Notes under the pieces: generated by a model
Seen by the model: only the letters and a program-made list of their open reading frames with translations
Told to the model about the DNA's origin: nothing
Databases searched by the model: none
From: an uncultured Bacteroidales bacterium
GTDB taxonomy: Bacteria; Bacteroidota; Bacteroidia; Bacteroidales; WCHB1-69
Assembly (NCBI GenBank): GCA_946409645.1
Contig: CAMJXE010000002.1
Location: 15,808 to 79,807 of the forward strand
Length of the DNA stretch: 64,000 nucleotides
Direction of reading: 5' to 3'
In this document: piece after piece, positions 1 to 9,889 of the stretch
Position numbering within the stretch: position 1 is the stretch's first letter
Layout: every line of letters begins with the position of its first letter
Position numbers and translations under genes: made by a program

Positions 1-526
1 TCTCTTTTATCTTTTTCTCTATCACCGCGTTATTCAATTTGCGATGCGCATTTTGAAGGCGTGCTATATCATTGTCGTACATGGTCTTGATGATTTCATC
101 CTGATGTGCCAGGAAAAGTGCCAGACATGAATCTTGATGCGACCCGCGAATTTTCACCAACACTTGGGAGCTGGCAATGGGATTGCGGAGAATCTCAAAC
201 GTATTTCCCACATACGCAGGATTATAGTCAAACTGAACAACGTTACGATGACGCATAAATGATGCCTTGTAATCGGAATTGGAACACTGTATCACATCGA
301 ACATCGGCTCTATCTGGTTGATGGCCGGCTGTGGCTGCTGGATCACCGCATAGATGGCCTTCTTGGCCGATGTGCTCCAGTAGTTGGTGTCGAGGACTAA
401 AATCATTTCTCCGGCCTTACCTGTTGAGAAATTATCGACTTTTATGGAAGGAGTACCTGATTTCTGACGGCACGAAACCATCGTCAAAAGCAAGAATAAC
501 ACTGCAAAGTAACTGATTTTCTTCAT
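1..526 (-). CDS. putative lipoprotein, 3' end beyond window edge (DUF4837-like; family tentative)
   Basis: Not in the ORF track because it runs off the window edge. Hand translation of the reverse strand from ATG (526-524) reads MKKISYFAVLFLLLTMVSCRQKSG... and stays open to base 1. Signal peptide with a lipobox-like Cys. Confidence 0.6.
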   Translation of the reverse strand, partial: MKKISYFAVLFLLLTMVSCRQKSGTPSIKVDNFSTGKAGEMILVLDTNYWSTSAKKAIYAVIQQPQPAINQIEPMFDVIQCSNSDYKASFMRHRNVVQFDYNPAYVGNTFEILRNPIASSQVLVKIRGSHQDSCLALFLAHQDEIIKTMYDNDIARLQNAHRKLNNAVIEKKIKE

Positions 527-572
527 ATTGCTAAAATTTATTTTAAATTTCATTTATATTGGATTAATTTTT

Positions 573-580
573 TATCTTTG
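573..580 (+). promoter_or_regulatory. -7 promoter box TAtcTTTG upstream of dprA
   Basis: tatctttg matches the Bacteroidota TAnnTTTG consensus, ~54 nt before ATG 634. Confidence 0.45.
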
Positions 581-633
581 CCGCTTAGAAAGAAAACGCA
601 AAAATAAAACAAAAATTATAAACCAAAAACAAA

Positions 634-1731
634 ATGCACAAAGAAATTTATTATCGCATCGCCTTAAACAAAACCGAAGGGCTGGGAAAGTCCACAATCA
701 AACAGATTTTGACGGCTGCTGGAAGTGCGCAAAACGTTTTTGAATATCCAGAATCATGGCGGATGAAACTGCAAAACCGCAAACGCTGTGCTATGGATAT
801 TCACTTAACCGACAAAATTAAATCATTGGTTGACAGAGAATTATGGTTGATGGAAAAGCACCATGTACACTTTTGTCACTATTTGGACCTTCAATATCCT
901 CAGCGCTTGAAAAGGTGTATTGACGCGCCGGTATCGTTCTACTACAAAGGTCCTGGTGAGTTCAACTCAGCGCGGATGCTCGCTGTGGTGGGTACTCGGA
1001 ACGCCACATCATACGGGGTCAAAAGTCTCACTAAAATCCTGAACGAACTGAAAGAGAACAATATAGTTACAGTCAGTGGGTTGGCGTACGGCATCGACAC
1101 AGTGGCCCACGAAGAGTCGCTGAACCTCGGCATCACCACAATAGCCGTACTGGGGAACGGACTGCACACCATCTACCCATCCAGCAACAAACAGCTGTCG
1201 GACAGGATTTTGGAGAATGGGGGGAGTCTCGTCAGCGAGTTTGACTTTGACACAGGTCCTGACCGGATGAACTTTCCCGCGCGGAACCGAATCATCGCCG
1301 GCATGGCAGATGCCGTGCTGGTCGCCGAGAGTGGCACCAAAGGCGGCAGCATCATCACCGCCCACATCGCCAATTCCTACAATCGCGATATTTTCGCCAT
1401 TCCAGGAACCATTTTCGACGAAATGCATGCTGGCTGCCACGACCTTATCCGTAAAAACATCGCCGGAATGGTCACCTGCGGCAAAGACCTCTTGGAGATG
1501 ATGAACTGGGATTCGGCCCCGAAGTCGGTTCAAAGGCAACTGTTTCCAGATCTAACTGAGGATGAAGATCATATTTACCAGTTTTTGCTTCATGGCAAGA
1601 AAAACATTGACGAAATCTCAGAACATTGTGCTCAATTTTCACCTTCGAAACTGGCAGGATTATTGCTGACCATGGAGCTGAAAGGCGTGATTTTTGCGTT
1701 ACCGGGCAAGAGTTACAGCATCGAATTGTAA
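634..1731 (+). CDS. dprA: DNA-processing protein DprA (SMF family)
   Basis: 365-aa ORF with DprA core motifs GLAYGIDTVAHEESL and GTKGGSIITA. Confidence 0.9.
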   Translation: MHKEIYYRIALNKTEGLGKSTIKQILTAAGSAQNVFEYPESWRMKLQNRKRCAMDIHLTDKIKSLVDRELWLMEKHHVHFCHYLDLQYPQRLKRCIDAPVSFYYKGPGEFNSARMLAVVGTRNATSYGVKSLTKILNELKENNIVTVSGLAYGIDTVAHEESLNLGITTIAVLGNGLHTIYPSSNKQLSDRILENGGSLVSEFDFDTGPDRMNFPARNRIIAGMADAVLVAESGTKGGSIITAHIANSYNRDIFAIPGTIFDEMHAGCHDLIRKNIAGMVTCGKDLLEMMNWDSAPKSVQRQLFPDLTEDEDHIYQFLLHGKKNIDEISEHCAQFSPSKLAGLLLTMELKGVIFALPGKSYSIEL

Positions 1732-1748
1732 CGTATTCAAAATTTATG

Positions 1749-1756
1749 TACCTTTG
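1749..1756 (+). promoter_or_regulatory. -7 promoter box TAccTTTG upstream of PBP1A gene
   Basis: tacctttg, ~20 nt before ATG 1777. Confidence 0.45.
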
Positions 1757-1776
1757 CGCCCTCAAATATATTGAAT

Positions 1777-4086
1777 ATGTATAGTGCAAAATCCGGCTCA
1801 TCGCCGAACGACAATAAACAAAAACAACGTCAGACCACTTGGCCGAAATGGGCGAAGACTTTCTGGAAAGTCTATTTCATCCTGTTCGGTGTGGTGTGTC
1901 TCATGTTCTTATTCATTTCCTTGGGATGGATGGGGTACATGCCCTCGTTTGCGGAATTGGAGAACCCCGACTCCAACCTGGCCACGGAGGTCATCTCCTC
2001 CGACGGAGTGCTCTTAGGCACCTATTACCGCGAAAACCGTTCCAACTGCAAGTACGCCGATCTCTCAAACGAGCTGAAAGATGCCCTCATTGCCACGGAA
2101 GACTCCCGATTTTACAACCATTCCGGTGTCGATGTAAAGGCACTGTTCCGCGTGGCTGTGGGCGTGGCGACTTTCCACCGAAAGGGCGGCGGCAGTACCA
2201 TCACGCAACAATTGGCCAAGAACCTCTTCCCGCGCGATCCAAAAGCTGGAAAAATCAAAATTGTATTCACGAAATTCAAAGAATGGGTGGTGGCCACCAA
2301 GCTGGAACGCGCTTATTCGAAAGACGAAATTCTCGCCATGTACTTCAACACCGTCGATTTCGGGAACAATGCCGTGGGCATCAAGTCAGCTGCGCGCACC
2401 TACTTCGACAAAGACCCTGCCGATATCAACACCGAAGAGGCCGCACTCCTTGTCGGCATGTTGAAGGCTCCTTCGAAATACAGCCCGCGCCGCCATCCGC
2501 AGGCCGCCCTCGACCGCCGGAACACTGTGCTCGGACAGATGAAAAAATACAACTATCTGACACCTGCCGATTTCGATTCCATCAAAGCGATTCCCATTGA
2601 CATGAGCAACTTCAAGTCGCAAGCGCACACTGCCGGCATTGCCACCTACTTTCGCGAATACTTACGCATGGTGCTCAAGGATTGGTGCGACAAGAATCCC
2701 AAAAACGACGGCTCTCGTTACGACCTCTACTGCGACGGTCTGAAAGTCTATACCACCATCGACTCCCGTATGCAACGACACGCGGAAGCCGCTGTGAAAG
2801 AACACGTTTGCGATTATCTGCAACCGCTTTTCTTCAACCATATCAAAGGTGCGAAAAATGCACCGTTTGTCAATATCAGCGAGGAACAGACCCACAATAT
2901 TCTCTGGCGTGCCGTGAAACAGAGCGACCGCTATGCGCAGATGAAAGACGCCGGCAAATCGGATGCCGAAATCGAAGCCGCCTTCAACAAAACGGCGAAA
3001 ATGACCGTTTTTAGCTATAAAGGAATGGTTGACACAACGATGACCCCGATGGACTCCATCCGTTACTACAAATCGTTCCTACAGTGCGGTTTAATGTGCA
3101 TGGAGGCTGCCACTGGCCACGTGAAGGCTTACGTGGGCGGCACCAACTACGAATACTTCCAATTCGACCACGTGAAACTCTCCAAAAGGCAGGTCGGATC
3201 CACCTTCAAACCCTACGTCTATACCGTGGCCATGCAGAGTGGCGACTTCGACCCATGCACAATGGTGCCGAACGTGCCCGTGACCATCGAAGTCCCAGGT
3301 GGCACTTGGACACCACACAACTCCGGCGGTTATAAAGAGGGGCAAATGATGCCGCTACGCGAAGCTTTGGCACACTCCCTCAACCAAGTTTCCGCCTATC
3401 TCATGAAACGCTATGGTCCCAACGCTGTTATCGACTTAGTCCGCAACATGGGCATGACCTCCGATATCCCCGCGGTGCCCTCTATCTGTCTGGGCGCGTG
3501 CGAATTGACGCTGTACGAGCAGGTGGGTGCCATCAACTGCTTCCCCAACCAAGGCGTCTATGTGGAGCCCATTTTCATCACGCATATCTGCGACAAAGAG
3601 GGCAACGTGATTTATACCAAAGTACCGAAGACCAACGAAGCTATGGACCAAATCACTGCATTCAAGACGGTTCGGTTGATGCAGGGTGTGGTGGATTACG
3701 GTACGGGTGGCCGACTGCGTAGTCAATACGGCATCTCTTTCCCGTGTGCTGGCAAAACTGGCACCACCGACAACCAATCTGACGGTTGGTTCGTGGGTTA
3801 CACGCCTTTGATAACCTGCGGTGTGTGGGTGGGTTGTGAGGATCGTGCAGCGCACTTCCGCAGTACCGCGCTCGGACAAGGCGCACGCACCGCCATGCCG
3901 GTGTTCGGACTCTTCATCAACAAAGTCTATGCCGACCCGCAACTACCTTACCATGAAATTGTTACAGCTGAAAATCGATATACAAGACCTGGTTACAATT
4001 TCATTATTCCCAGTGCCTATATTGGCGACCCTTCCGGATGTAACGAGACCAAGCGCGACTCCATTATGAAACTCGACTTCGACTAA
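1777..4086 (+). CDS. mrcA: penicillin-binding protein 1A (bifunctional transglycosylase/transpeptidase)
   Basis: GT51 motifs ATEDSRFYNHSGVD and GGSTITQQLAKN. Transpeptidase motifs STFKP (SxxK), SLN and KTGTT. The track start at 1771 is TTG. The in-frame ATG at 1777 follows the -7 box. Confidence 0.9.
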   Translation: MYSAKSGSSPNDNKQKQRQTTWPKWAKTFWKVYFILFGVVCLMFLFISLGWMGYMPSFAELENPDSNLATEVISSDGVLLGTYYRENRSNCKYADLSNELKDALIATEDSRFYNHSGVDVKALFRVAVGVATFHRKGGGSTITQQLAKNLFPRDPKAGKIKIVFTKFKEWVVATKLERAYSKDEILAMYFNTVDFGNNAVGIKSAARTYFDKDPADINTEEAALLVGMLKAPSKYSPRRHPQAALDRRNTVLGQMKKYNYLTPADFDSIKAIPIDMSNFKSQAHTAGIATYFREYLRMVLKDWCDKNPKNDGSRYDLYCDGLKVYTTIDSRMQRHAEAAVKEHVCDYLQPLFFNHIKGAKNAPFVNISEEQTHNILWRAVKQSDRYAQMKDAGKSDAEIEAAFNKTAKMTVFSYKGMVDTTMTPMDSIRYYKSFLQCGLMCMEAATGHVKAYVGGTNYEYFQFDHVKLSKRQVGSTFKPYVYTVAMQSGDFDPCTMVPNVPVTIEVPGGTWTPHNSGGYKEGQMMPLREALAHSLNQVSAYLMKRYGPNAVIDLVRNMGMTSDIPAVPSICLGACELTLYEQVGAINCFPNQGVYVEPIFITHICDKEGNVIYTKVPKTNEAMDQITAFKTVRLMQGVVDYGTGGRLRSQYGISFPCAGKTGTTDNQSDGWFVGYTPLITCGVWVGCEDRAAHFRSTALGQGARTAMPVFGLFINKVYADPQLPYHEIVTAENRYTRPGYNFIIPSAYIGDPSGCNETKRDSIMKLDFD

Positions 4087-4121
4087 CGTTAGTTACAAGC
4101 TCCGAATTCTAAAAAAAAGTA

Positions 4122-4129
4122 TATATTTG
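4122..4129 (+). promoter_or_regulatory. -7 promoter box TAtaTTTG upstream of bamD
   Basis: tatatttg. It overlaps the TTG start proposed by the ORF track, which argues for the ATG at 4145. Confidence 0.45.
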
Positions 4130-4144
4130 CGCGGATTTTACAAA

Positions 4145-5110
4145 ATGGCGAAAAAGACTTGTAACATATTGATATTTATATTGTTAGCCTTCGCGATGAA
4201 AGCGCATGCGGACGTGTTTTGCGGCTCGCTATCTGCTGATTTGCAGAAAGTTTACATTGAAAAGGACACCATCAAGCCGACGGAGGACTCAAGCAAGCCT
4301 GCTAAAAGTAACACCACGCCCGCCAAAAAGGGTAAATCCACTGTCACCAGAGTACAAAATAAGCGGGTCACTTTCGAAACATTTGATCAGAACTACGAAC
4401 GCGCCCTGAAGTACTACAACAACGGTCAGTGGCTTTCCGCTGCAAGCCTTTTCGAAGAACTTTACCCGCTATCCCTTGGTACCCCCCGCGCCGACACCAT
4501 CCTCTTCCTTTTCGCTGACTCATACTATCAAAACGCCGACTACAACATGGCAGCCTTCCATTTCCGCGATTACGTGCGCCGCTACCCCAATTCCGAACGC
4601 ACCGAAGATGCCTTCTTCCGCTGCATTCAGGCTGTTTATAAAACCAGTCCTGAATATTATCTGGATCAGTCGAACACCACATACGCCATCGAGCAGATCA
4701 AATCATTCCTGCAAGCGTATCCCGAGAACAGCCATGTGGAGGAGTGCAACCTGATGCTGGATGACCTTCGACTGAAATTAGCCCGTAAAGAGTTGGAAAT
4801 AATGAAGTTGTACTATAACACCGACCAATACGAGGCATGCAGGATTGCGGCCAAGAACTTTTTCAACAAATACGCCTACTCCCCTCTCATGCCCGAAGCA
4901 GTCTATTATCTGGTGCTGAACAACTACGAATATGCCAAACGAAGTACCGAACGCAAAAAACCTGAACGTCTGAAAGTTTGCTTGGAATCCTGCCAGAGAA
5001 TGGCTCTTCACTACCCCGACTGCAAATACGCAAAAGAAGTTGAAAAAATCTCAATAGACGTCACCAAACAATTGGAAAAATATCTTCAAAAATCAAATAA
5101 TAAGTCCTAA
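4145..5110 (+). CDS. bamD: outer membrane protein assembly factor BamD (TPR lipoprotein)
   Basis: Signal peptide, TPR-like repeats (YNNGQWLSAASLFEEL..., YYQNADYNMAAFHFRDYVRRYPNS). Sits in the conserved bamD-rpoZ-coaBC-DUF4835-recN order. Confidence 0.8.
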   Translation: MAKKTCNILIFILLAFAMKAHADVFCGSLSADLQKVYIEKDTIKPTEDSSKPAKSNTTPAKKGKSTVTRVQNKRVTFETFDQNYERALKYYNNGQWLSAASLFEELYPLSLGTPRADTILFLFADSYYQNADYNMAAFHFRDYVRRYPNSERTEDAFFRCIQAVYKTSPEYYLDQSNTTYAIEQIKSFLQAYPENSHVEECNLMLDDLRLKLARKELEIMKLYYNTDQYEACRIAAKNFFNKYAYSPLMPEAVYYLVLNNYEYAKRSTERKKPERLKVCLESCQRMALHYPDCKYAKEVEKISIDVTKQLEKYLQKSNNKS

Positions 5111-5112
5111 TA

Positions 5113-5442
5113 ATGAAAGCTTTAGAGTACAAAAAGTTGAAAATTGATTTGTTTGCCAAAACAAAAGACATCCGCCAATATGACAAAGAAACGGGCAATT
5201 TCTACAAAAGCATCGTCATCATGTCGAAACGCGCTGACCAGATTGCTTCAGAGTTGAAACAGGAGTTCCAGGAGAATTCCCACCTTCAAGCTCCGCAAGA
5301 TCGTACAGGAGAGGAGATTTATGAAAATCGCGAACAAATTGAATTGTCTAAGATGTACGAGCAGCTGCCCAAACCCACCCAGCTCGCCCTCTATGAATTC
5401 GAAAACGATCAGATTTATTACAACGACGTAAACGAAAAATAA
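5113..5442 (+). CDS. rpoZ: RNA polymerase omega-subunit-like protein (Bacteroidota type)
   Basis: 109 aa. ENREQIELSKMYEQLPKPTQLA matches my recollection of the Bacteroides omega-like protein. Conserved position between bamD and coaBC. Confidence 0.6.
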   Translation: MKALEYKKLKIDLFAKTKDIRQYDKETGNFYKSIVIMSKRADQIASELKQEFQENSHLQAPQDRTGEEIYENREQIELSKMYEQLPKPTQLALYEFENDQIYYNDVNEK

Positions 5443-5452
5443 TCAGTTTGTT

Positions 5453-6649
5453 ATGGGTAAACATGTTGTCATCGGCATTACCGGAGGCATTGCGGCCTAC
5501 AAAACCATGCACCTGATCCGTCTGTTCAAGAAGAACGGCTATGAGGTGCGCGTGACCGCCACGGCAAACGCCTTGCAATTTGTCACCCCATTGACCATTG
5601 AGACCCTGTCTCAAAACAAACTTTACACTGACATGTTCGACAGTCATCGCACATTGGAGGTCGAACATATCAGCATGGCAGAATGGGCGGACGCGTTGGT
5701 TGTCGCCCCTGCCACCGCCAACATCATCGCCAAATTCGCGCTCGGCATCGCTGACGACGCACTTTCCACACTCTATCTGGCTGTCAAAAAGCCCGTGTTT
5801 GTCGCTCCAGCTATGAACAGCAACATGTTCGAAAACCCTGTCGTTCAAGAGAATATTAAAATTCTACAGAACCATGGATGTCGTCTCTTACTGCCAAACG
5901 AGGGGTTTTTAGCCTGCGGTACCACTGGCAACGGACGAATGGAGGAACCTGAAGAAATTTTCGATTCTGTGGATGAATTCCTGTCGGACGACCATACTCT
6001 TCAAGGGAAAAGAGTGCTGATTACGGCAGGTCCGACATACGAGCCCCTTGATCCCGTGCGTTTTATCGGCAACCACTCCTCTGGTCTGATGGGATTCTGT
6101 CTGGCAGAAGCTGCCGCCCGTAGAGGAGCGCGAGTTTCTATTGTTTCCGGTCCTTCCAGTTGCACCGCACATCATCAGAACATCCATCGGTATAATGTAA
6201 AAACAGCAGAGGAAATGTATCAGCAATGCATGCAATTAGTTGATGAGCAAGACATTATTATCATGTCTGCCGCTGTAGCCGACTACACACCCGCACACGT
6301 GGCACCTGAAAAAATCAAGAAGGACAACGCCCAACTCTCTATTGAATTGGTAAAGACGAAAGACATTCTCGCATCCGTCGGTAAAATCAAACGCGACAAC
6401 CAACTGCTGATTGGCTTCGCATTAGAGACAGAAAACGAGGTGGAAAACGCCAAGAAAAAATTGCATACTAAAAACGCTGACCTCATCGTTCTTAATTCTT
6501 TGCGAACCGCTGGCGCCGGCTTCCGAACCACCACCAATCAAGTGACCATTTACAGTAAGGACGGCCACGAATATGTTAGTGAACTCAAAAGTAAACAAGA
6601 AATCGCCCAAGAAATATTGCAAACGGCGCTGAAATATATTCATAACTAA
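5453..6649 (+). CDS. coaBC: bifunctional phosphopantothenoylcysteine decarboxylase / phosphopantothenate-cysteine ligase
   Basis: N-terminal flavoprotein motif [11 protein letters not shown]-terminal CoaB domain [22 protein letters not shown]. Confidence 0.9.
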   Translation: MGKHVVIGITGGIAAYKTMHLIRLFKKNGYEVRVTATANALQFVTPLTIETLSQNKLYTDMFDSHRTLEVEHISMAEWADALVVAPATANIIAKFALGIADDALSTLYLAVKKPVFVAPAMNSNMFENPVVQENIKILQNHGCRLLLPNEGFLACGTTGNGRMEEPEEIFDSVDEFLSDDHTLQGKRVLITAGPTYEPLDPVRFIGNHSSGLMGFCLAEAAARRGARVSIVSGPSSCTAHHQNIHRYNVKTAEEMYQQCMQLVDEQDIIIMSAAVADYTPAHVAPEKIKKDNAQLSIELVKTKDILASVGKIKRDNQLLIGFALETENEVENAKKKLHTKNADLIVLNSLRTAGAGFRTTTNQVTIYSKDGHEYVSELKSKQEIAQEILQTALKYIHN

Positions 6650-6662
6650 GAAAAAAACAACT

Positions 6663-7565
6663 ATGAAACGCATCTTCGGACTTATTGTCGTCATGTTGAT
6701 GACCCTCGGGACAATGAAAGCACAAGACTTTCAATGTTCCATCTCCGTCAACTCCACCCAAATCTCAAACACAGGTAACCAACAGAGATTCAATGAATTA
6801 AGACAAAAACTATACACTTTTGTACACGACCGCAAATGGTGCCAATACAATTTGAAACAGAACGAACGTATCGAATGCTCCATCACCATCAATTTGACAA
6901 AAGCGTCGGGCGATGAATATGAAGGTACCGCCACAATAGTCTTGCAACGTCCTGTGTACAAGGCCAGTTACAAGACAACATTGATGAGTTTTCAAGACAA
7001 GAAAGTGAAATTCAGATATGCTGATGGCGACCCGATGGAATACGACGAAAACTCTAACCTTTCTGAAATCACCTCGTTGATTGCCTACTACCTCAATCTC
7101 TTCATCGCTGTGGAACTGGATTCATTCTCCCCCAATGGCGGCTCCCCTTATTTTAGCAAATGCCAAAACATTGTAAACCAAAACCTTAAAGATGTTGGTT
7201 GGAACGTTGCAGAAAGCGGCCAGAACAATCGCTACTGGATTACCGAGAATTTCACCAACGGTACCTATAGCAAAATTCACGAGTTTTACTATCAATACCA
7301 CCGCCTTGGGCTCGATGTGATGAACGAAACCCCCGATGCGGGCCGCGCCGTCATCCTCGAAAGTCTCAAACTCCTGCAACAAGTCAACGCACAGAAGTCA
7401 AATTTGGCCGTGGTTCGCATCATCCTGAATACCAAAAAAGACGAAATCATCAATATTTTCAAGGAAGGAATGCCGTCAGAAAAAACTCAGGTAATCAATA
7501 TCATGAAGCAGATTGATCCGACAAATTCTTCCGCCTACGATGCCATTAATACCGCATCCAAATAA
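6663..7565 (+). CDS. DUF4835-family secreted protein (named T9SS protein PorD in some annotation pipelines, from memory)
   Basis: Signal peptide. The N-terminus FQCSISVNSTQISNTGNQQ...NERIECSITINL resembles the Bacteroides DUF4835 family. Conserved position before recN. Confidence 0.6.
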   Translation: MKRIFGLIVVMLMTLGTMKAQDFQCSISVNSTQISNTGNQQRFNELRQKLYTFVHDRKWCQYNLKQNERIECSITINLTKASGDEYEGTATIVLQRPVYKASYKTTLMSFQDKKVKFRYADGDPMEYDENSNLSEITSLIAYYLNLFIAVELDSFSPNGGSPYFSKCQNIVNQNLKDVGWNVAESGQNNRYWITENFTNGTYSKIHEFYYQYHRLGLDVMNETPDAGRAVILESLKLLQQVNAQKSNLAVVRIILNTKKDEIINIFKEGMPSEKTQVINIMKQIDPTNSSAYDAINTASK

Positions 7566-7570
7566 TCGCA

Positions 7571-9244
7571 ATGCTAACTTCCTTACAAATAGAGAATTAT
7601 GCGATTATTCGGTCTTTAGAGATTCCATTTCAACAAGGCTTGATCGTGATTACCGGTGAAACAGGAGCCGGCAAATCCATTCTTATGGGCGCACTATCCC
7701 TTATTCTCGGTAACCGCGCCGACACAGACGTACTTTTCGACAAAACCCGAAAATGCATCGTTGAGGCCACATTTGACCTTCACTCGCTCCATATTCAACC
7801 CATTTTCCAACAATACGACCTTGATTATCAGGAAGAAACGATTATCCGAAGGGAGATTAACGAACACGGCAAGTCCCGTGCTTTCATCAACGACACTCCC
7901 GTGAACCTCACCACCCTGAAAGCCATTTCTTCTTTACTCGTGGACATCCATTCACAACACCAGACGTTGATGCTGCAAAATGCCGGTTTCCGACTTCGAC
8001 TCATTGACCAATTTGCGCAAAATCAAGAGATAATCCGCCAATACAAGGATTCTTTGCGACATTGGCAAGAAAAGAAAAATGCGCTTGAAGCACTGAAAAT
8101 ACGATGCGAAGAGGCCACAATGCGCTACGACTATAACCTATTCACCATCGAAGAGTTAGAAAAGGCTGGCTTGCAACCTGACGAACAAACAGAAATTGAA
8201 CAAAAAATACAAGAACTTTCTTACGCAGAGACGATTAAAACGCATTTGTACAATGCCACTCAACTGCTTTCGGAACAGGAAGGAGACAATATTATATATA
8301 TGTTGAAATCGTTGCAGCAAGAATGCCGAGCTTTGGAGAACTTAGGTGGAGATTATGCTAATTATAAACAACGCATTGAAAATCTGATGGTTGAAGCTCA
8401 GGATCTCTCTTATGAAATGTCCCGAAAAAACGACACAGTGGAAGTCAACCCTGCGTTGACCAACCAACTGAACGAACGGCTCGATTTGCTATATACTTTG
8501 CAGAAAAAATACCACGTTGATAATAATTCCGCTCTGATTTCCCTGCTTGAAAAGCTGCAAGAAGAAGTCTCATCTTATACCGATGACAAAGAGAAACTCT
8601 CAGCGTATGAAGCAGAAGTAAATCGTTTGGAAGACGATGTGCGCACACATGCTTCACGATTGACCTTATCGCGAAAAGAGGCCGTTCCTGCTTTGGTACA
8701 GGCGATGGAAGAACGACTATACCGTCTCGGCATGACAAGTAGCCGTTTTTCCGTGAACATGGAAACGACTCAAGAACTGCGGGAGAATGGACAGGATCTC
8801 GTCACTTTCCTCTTCTCAGCAAACGCCGGAGTAGAACCCGCCGACATTACCAAGATTGCATCTGGCGGTGAAATGTCACGTATCATGCTGTGTCTCAAGT
8901 CAATCATTACTGACACGATGTTGCTACCCACTATTATTTTCGACGAGATTGACACGGGTATTTCTGGTGAAACAGCTTCTAAAGTGGGACAAATGATGCA
9001 GCTGCTTGCCCACAACCATCAGGTGATTGCCATCACACATTTACCACAAATAGCTGCACATGGTATTCAGCACCTCTTGGTTTACAAGCAAAATATTGAC
9101 AATCAAACTTTTACAAACATCAAACAATTAGACATGCAAGAACGCGAGCAGATGATTGCCACGATGATGAGTGGAGAGAACCGCACAGAATCGGCCGTTG
9201 CAGCCGCTCGTGAAATGTTAAAATCCACACAATTGAAAAAATAA
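7571..9244 (+). CDS. recN: DNA repair protein RecN
   Basis: Walker A GETGAGKS, long coiled-coil middle, ASGGEMSRIMLCLK signature and IFDEIDTGISG Walker B. Confidence 0.92.
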   Translation: MLTSLQIENYAIIRSLEIPFQQGLIVITGETGAGKSILMGALSLILGNRADTDVLFDKTRKCIVEATFDLHSLHIQPIFQQYDLDYQEETIIRREINEHGKSRAFINDTPVNLTTLKAISSLLVDIHSQHQTLMLQNAGFRLRLIDQFAQNQEIIRQYKDSLRHWQEKKNALEALKIRCEEATMRYDYNLFTIEELEKAGLQPDEQTEIEQKIQELSYAETIKTHLYNATQLLSEQEGDNIIYMLKSLQQECRALENLGGDYANYKQRIENLMVEAQDLSYEMSRKNDTVEVNPALTNQLNERLDLLYTLQKKYHVDNNSALISLLEKLQEEVSSYTDDKEKLSAYEAEVNRLEDDVRTHASRLTLSRKEAVPALVQAMEERLYRLGMTSSRFSVNMETTQELRENGQDLVTFLFSANAGVEPADITKIASGGEMSRIMLCLKSIITDTMLLPTIIFDEIDTGISGETASKVGQMMQLLAHNHQVIAITHLPQIAAHGIQHLLVYKQNIDNQTFTNIKQLDMQEREQMIATMMSGENRTESAVAAAREMLKSTQLKK

Positions 9245-9260
9245 CCAATTATATATTCGT

Positions 9261-9881
9261 ATGAAAAAGATATTGATTATTCTCATCGCCATAATGGTTT
9301 GTTACACAGGCTATTCACAAAACCGCCGCCCCACTCCAGAACGTAAGTTCATCTATATGACTTCCCTTGGGTACGCAACCGGTTTAGGACAAATTGTGCT
9401 GGAAAACAAAACCGTCCAAAACAAAAATTTCGACGTTTCTATCAACCAACTACTTGGTTATCAATTCAATCCATATTTTCAATTGGGTTTGGGTGCTGGA
9501 TTTGACATCTGGAAGCACACCGCCTTCATCCCGATCTATCTTAACCTGACGGTTAATTTCACCGATACCAAAATCGAACCCATGTTCTATACCAACTTGG
9601 GTTACAGTTTCAAATGGTACGTTTCCTCCGTCCCTGAACCAATGGATCGGGTGGTCCATGGCACTAAGACCGGACCAATGGGAGAAGCAGGCATCGGTAT
9701 GCGCATCAACCTCAACGAAAAGCTATCTATTGTAATAGCAGCATGTTACAAAGTGCAACTCAGCGACATTCGATATACCATCCTACAGCCTAACGAGCAA
9801 GACCACTCCGCCTATTCCACCAATGCCGTAAAAGATGCCTTGTATCATTTTGCCGGCATAAGATTAGGATTTCAATATTAA
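9261..9881 (+). CDS. putative outer-membrane beta-barrel protein
   Basis: Signal peptide MKKILIILIAIMVCYTGYSQ, alternating aromatic/hydrophobic strands, C-terminal ...RLGFQY. Confidence 0.55.
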   Translation: MKKILIILIAIMVCYTGYSQNRRPTPERKFIYMTSLGYATGLGQIVLENKTVQNKNFDVSINQLLGYQFNPYFQLGLGAGFDIWKHTAFIPIYLNLTVNFTDTKIEPMFYTNLGYSFKWYVSSVPEPMDRVVHGTKTGPMGEAGIGMRINLNEKLSIVIAACYKVQLSDIRYTILQPNEQDHSAYSTNAVKDALYHFAGIRLGFQY

Positions 9882-9889
9882 TCAAGGTT

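Noticed and set aside
331-743. Small plus-strand ORFs 331-516 and 528-743
   Set aside because: 331-516 overlaps the better-supported minus-strand lipoprotein gene (1-526). 528-743 starts with TTG inside the promoter region of dprA and overlaps its 5' end out of frame.
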